Assembly: GCA_963923455.1 (NCBI GenBank)
Contig: CAWULT010000001.1
Location: 65,677 to 129,676, forward strand
Reading direction: 5' to 3'
Source: an uncultured bacterium
GTDB lineage: Bacteria; Acidobacteriota; Vicinamibacteria; Vicinamibacterales; UBA2999
Length of the DNA stretch: 64,000 nt
Under the pieces are notes generated by a model that did no database searches, was not told the DNA's origin, and worked only from the letters and a program-made list of their open reading frames with translations. This document shows positions 63,278 through 64,000 of the stretch, in pieces. The position numbers were made by a program, and so were the translations under genes. Numbering within the stretch: position 1 is the stretch's first letter; every line of letters begins with the position of its first letter.

Positions 63278-64000
63278 ATGTCCGCTCAGCGAAAGACCCT
63301 GCCGATCGCCAACCCCCTGCGCCGCAACGTCGCGATCATCGCGCACGTCGACCACGGCAAGACCACGCTCGTCGACGCGCTGCTGCGCCAGAGCGGGGCC
63401 TTCCGCGCCAACCAGCAGGTGGCCGAGCGCGTGATGGACAGCAACGACCTCGAACGAGAGCGGGGCATCACCATCCTGGCCAAGAACACGGCGGTGCACT
63501 ACCGCGACCTGTTGATCAACATCTGCGACACCCCCGGGCACGCCGACTTCGGGGGCGAGGTCGAGCGCACGCTCTCGATGGTCGACGGCGTCATCCTGCT
63601 CGTCGACGCGTCGGAGGGGCCGCTGCCGCAGACGCGATTCGTGCTGCGCAAGGCGCTCGAGCGGGGCCTGCCCCCGATCGTCGTGATGAACAAGATCGAC
63701 CGGCCGGACGCCCGCCCGCAGGAAGTGCTCAACGAGATCTACGACCTCTTCATCGACCTCGACGCGACCGAGGACCAGATCGAGTTCCCCGTGCTCTACA
63801 CCAACGCGCGGGACGGCGTCGCGAGCGCCGACCCGGTGGTGCGCGGCGAGAACCTGCAGCCGTTGTTCGATGCCATCGTCGAGCACGTGCCGCCCCCGCG
63901 CGGCGTCGTCGACGGCGGGCTGCAGATGCTCGTTGCCAACCTCGATTCGAGCGACTACCTCGGCCGCATCGCGATCGGCCGCGTCTTCAACGGCCGCGTG
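63278..64000 (+). CDS. typA: Translational GTPase TypA/BipA (3'-truncated)
   Basis: [46 protein letters not shown]; missing from the ORF track because no stop lies in the window. Confidence 0.96.
   Translation, partial: MSAQRKTLPIANPLRRNVAIIAHVDHGKTTLVDALLRQSGAFRANQQVAERVMDSNDLERERGITILAKNTAVHYRDLLINICDTPGHADFGGEVERTLSMVDGVILLVDASEGPLPQTRFVLRKALERGLPPIVVMNKIDRPDARPQEVLNEIYDLFIDLDATEDQIEFPVLYTNARDGVASADPVVRGENLQPLFDAIVEHVPPPRGVVDGGLQMLVANLDSSDYLGRIAIGRVFNGRV

Overview
Very GC-rich bacterial chromosome segment; gene content (DUF885, DUF6152, PQQ dehydrogenase, short PheT, HupE/NHL remnants) suggests Acidobacteriota, probably Vicinamibacterales (inference, no search run). Bases 1-2291 are the right end of an integrative element inserted at the 3' end of tmRNA: a zinc-finger ORF missing from the ORF track, an AT-rich control region, then xis and a tyrosine integrase. 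The rest is mostly core genome: ssrA, slt, an ABC heterodimer, thiL, 6S RNA, zapAB, pheST, rplT-rpmI-infC-thrS-tRNA-Val, ctpA/envC-like genes, ruvX-mltG, nadK-tlyA-ispA-xseBA-ymdB, hsp20-dnaK-hsp20, rpoZ, gatCA, an lpxD...lpxB cluster, acnA, queG, yqgE and typA, interspersed with exported enzymes. The best leads are (i) an EnvC/CtpA pair in which both proteins lack their catalytic residues, (ii) a Tat-exported fluoroacetate-dehalogenase-like enzyme upstream of a metal-binding protein and a c-type cytochrome, (iii) a metzincin coupled to a TIMP-like partner inside the lipid A cluster, (iv) a bacterial relative of the mitochondrial KHE1 family, (v) a chimeric deletion remnant and (vi) repeated leaderless gene starts. 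No CRISPR array, rRNA or recognisable defence system was seen. All family calls come from motif recognition by eye.
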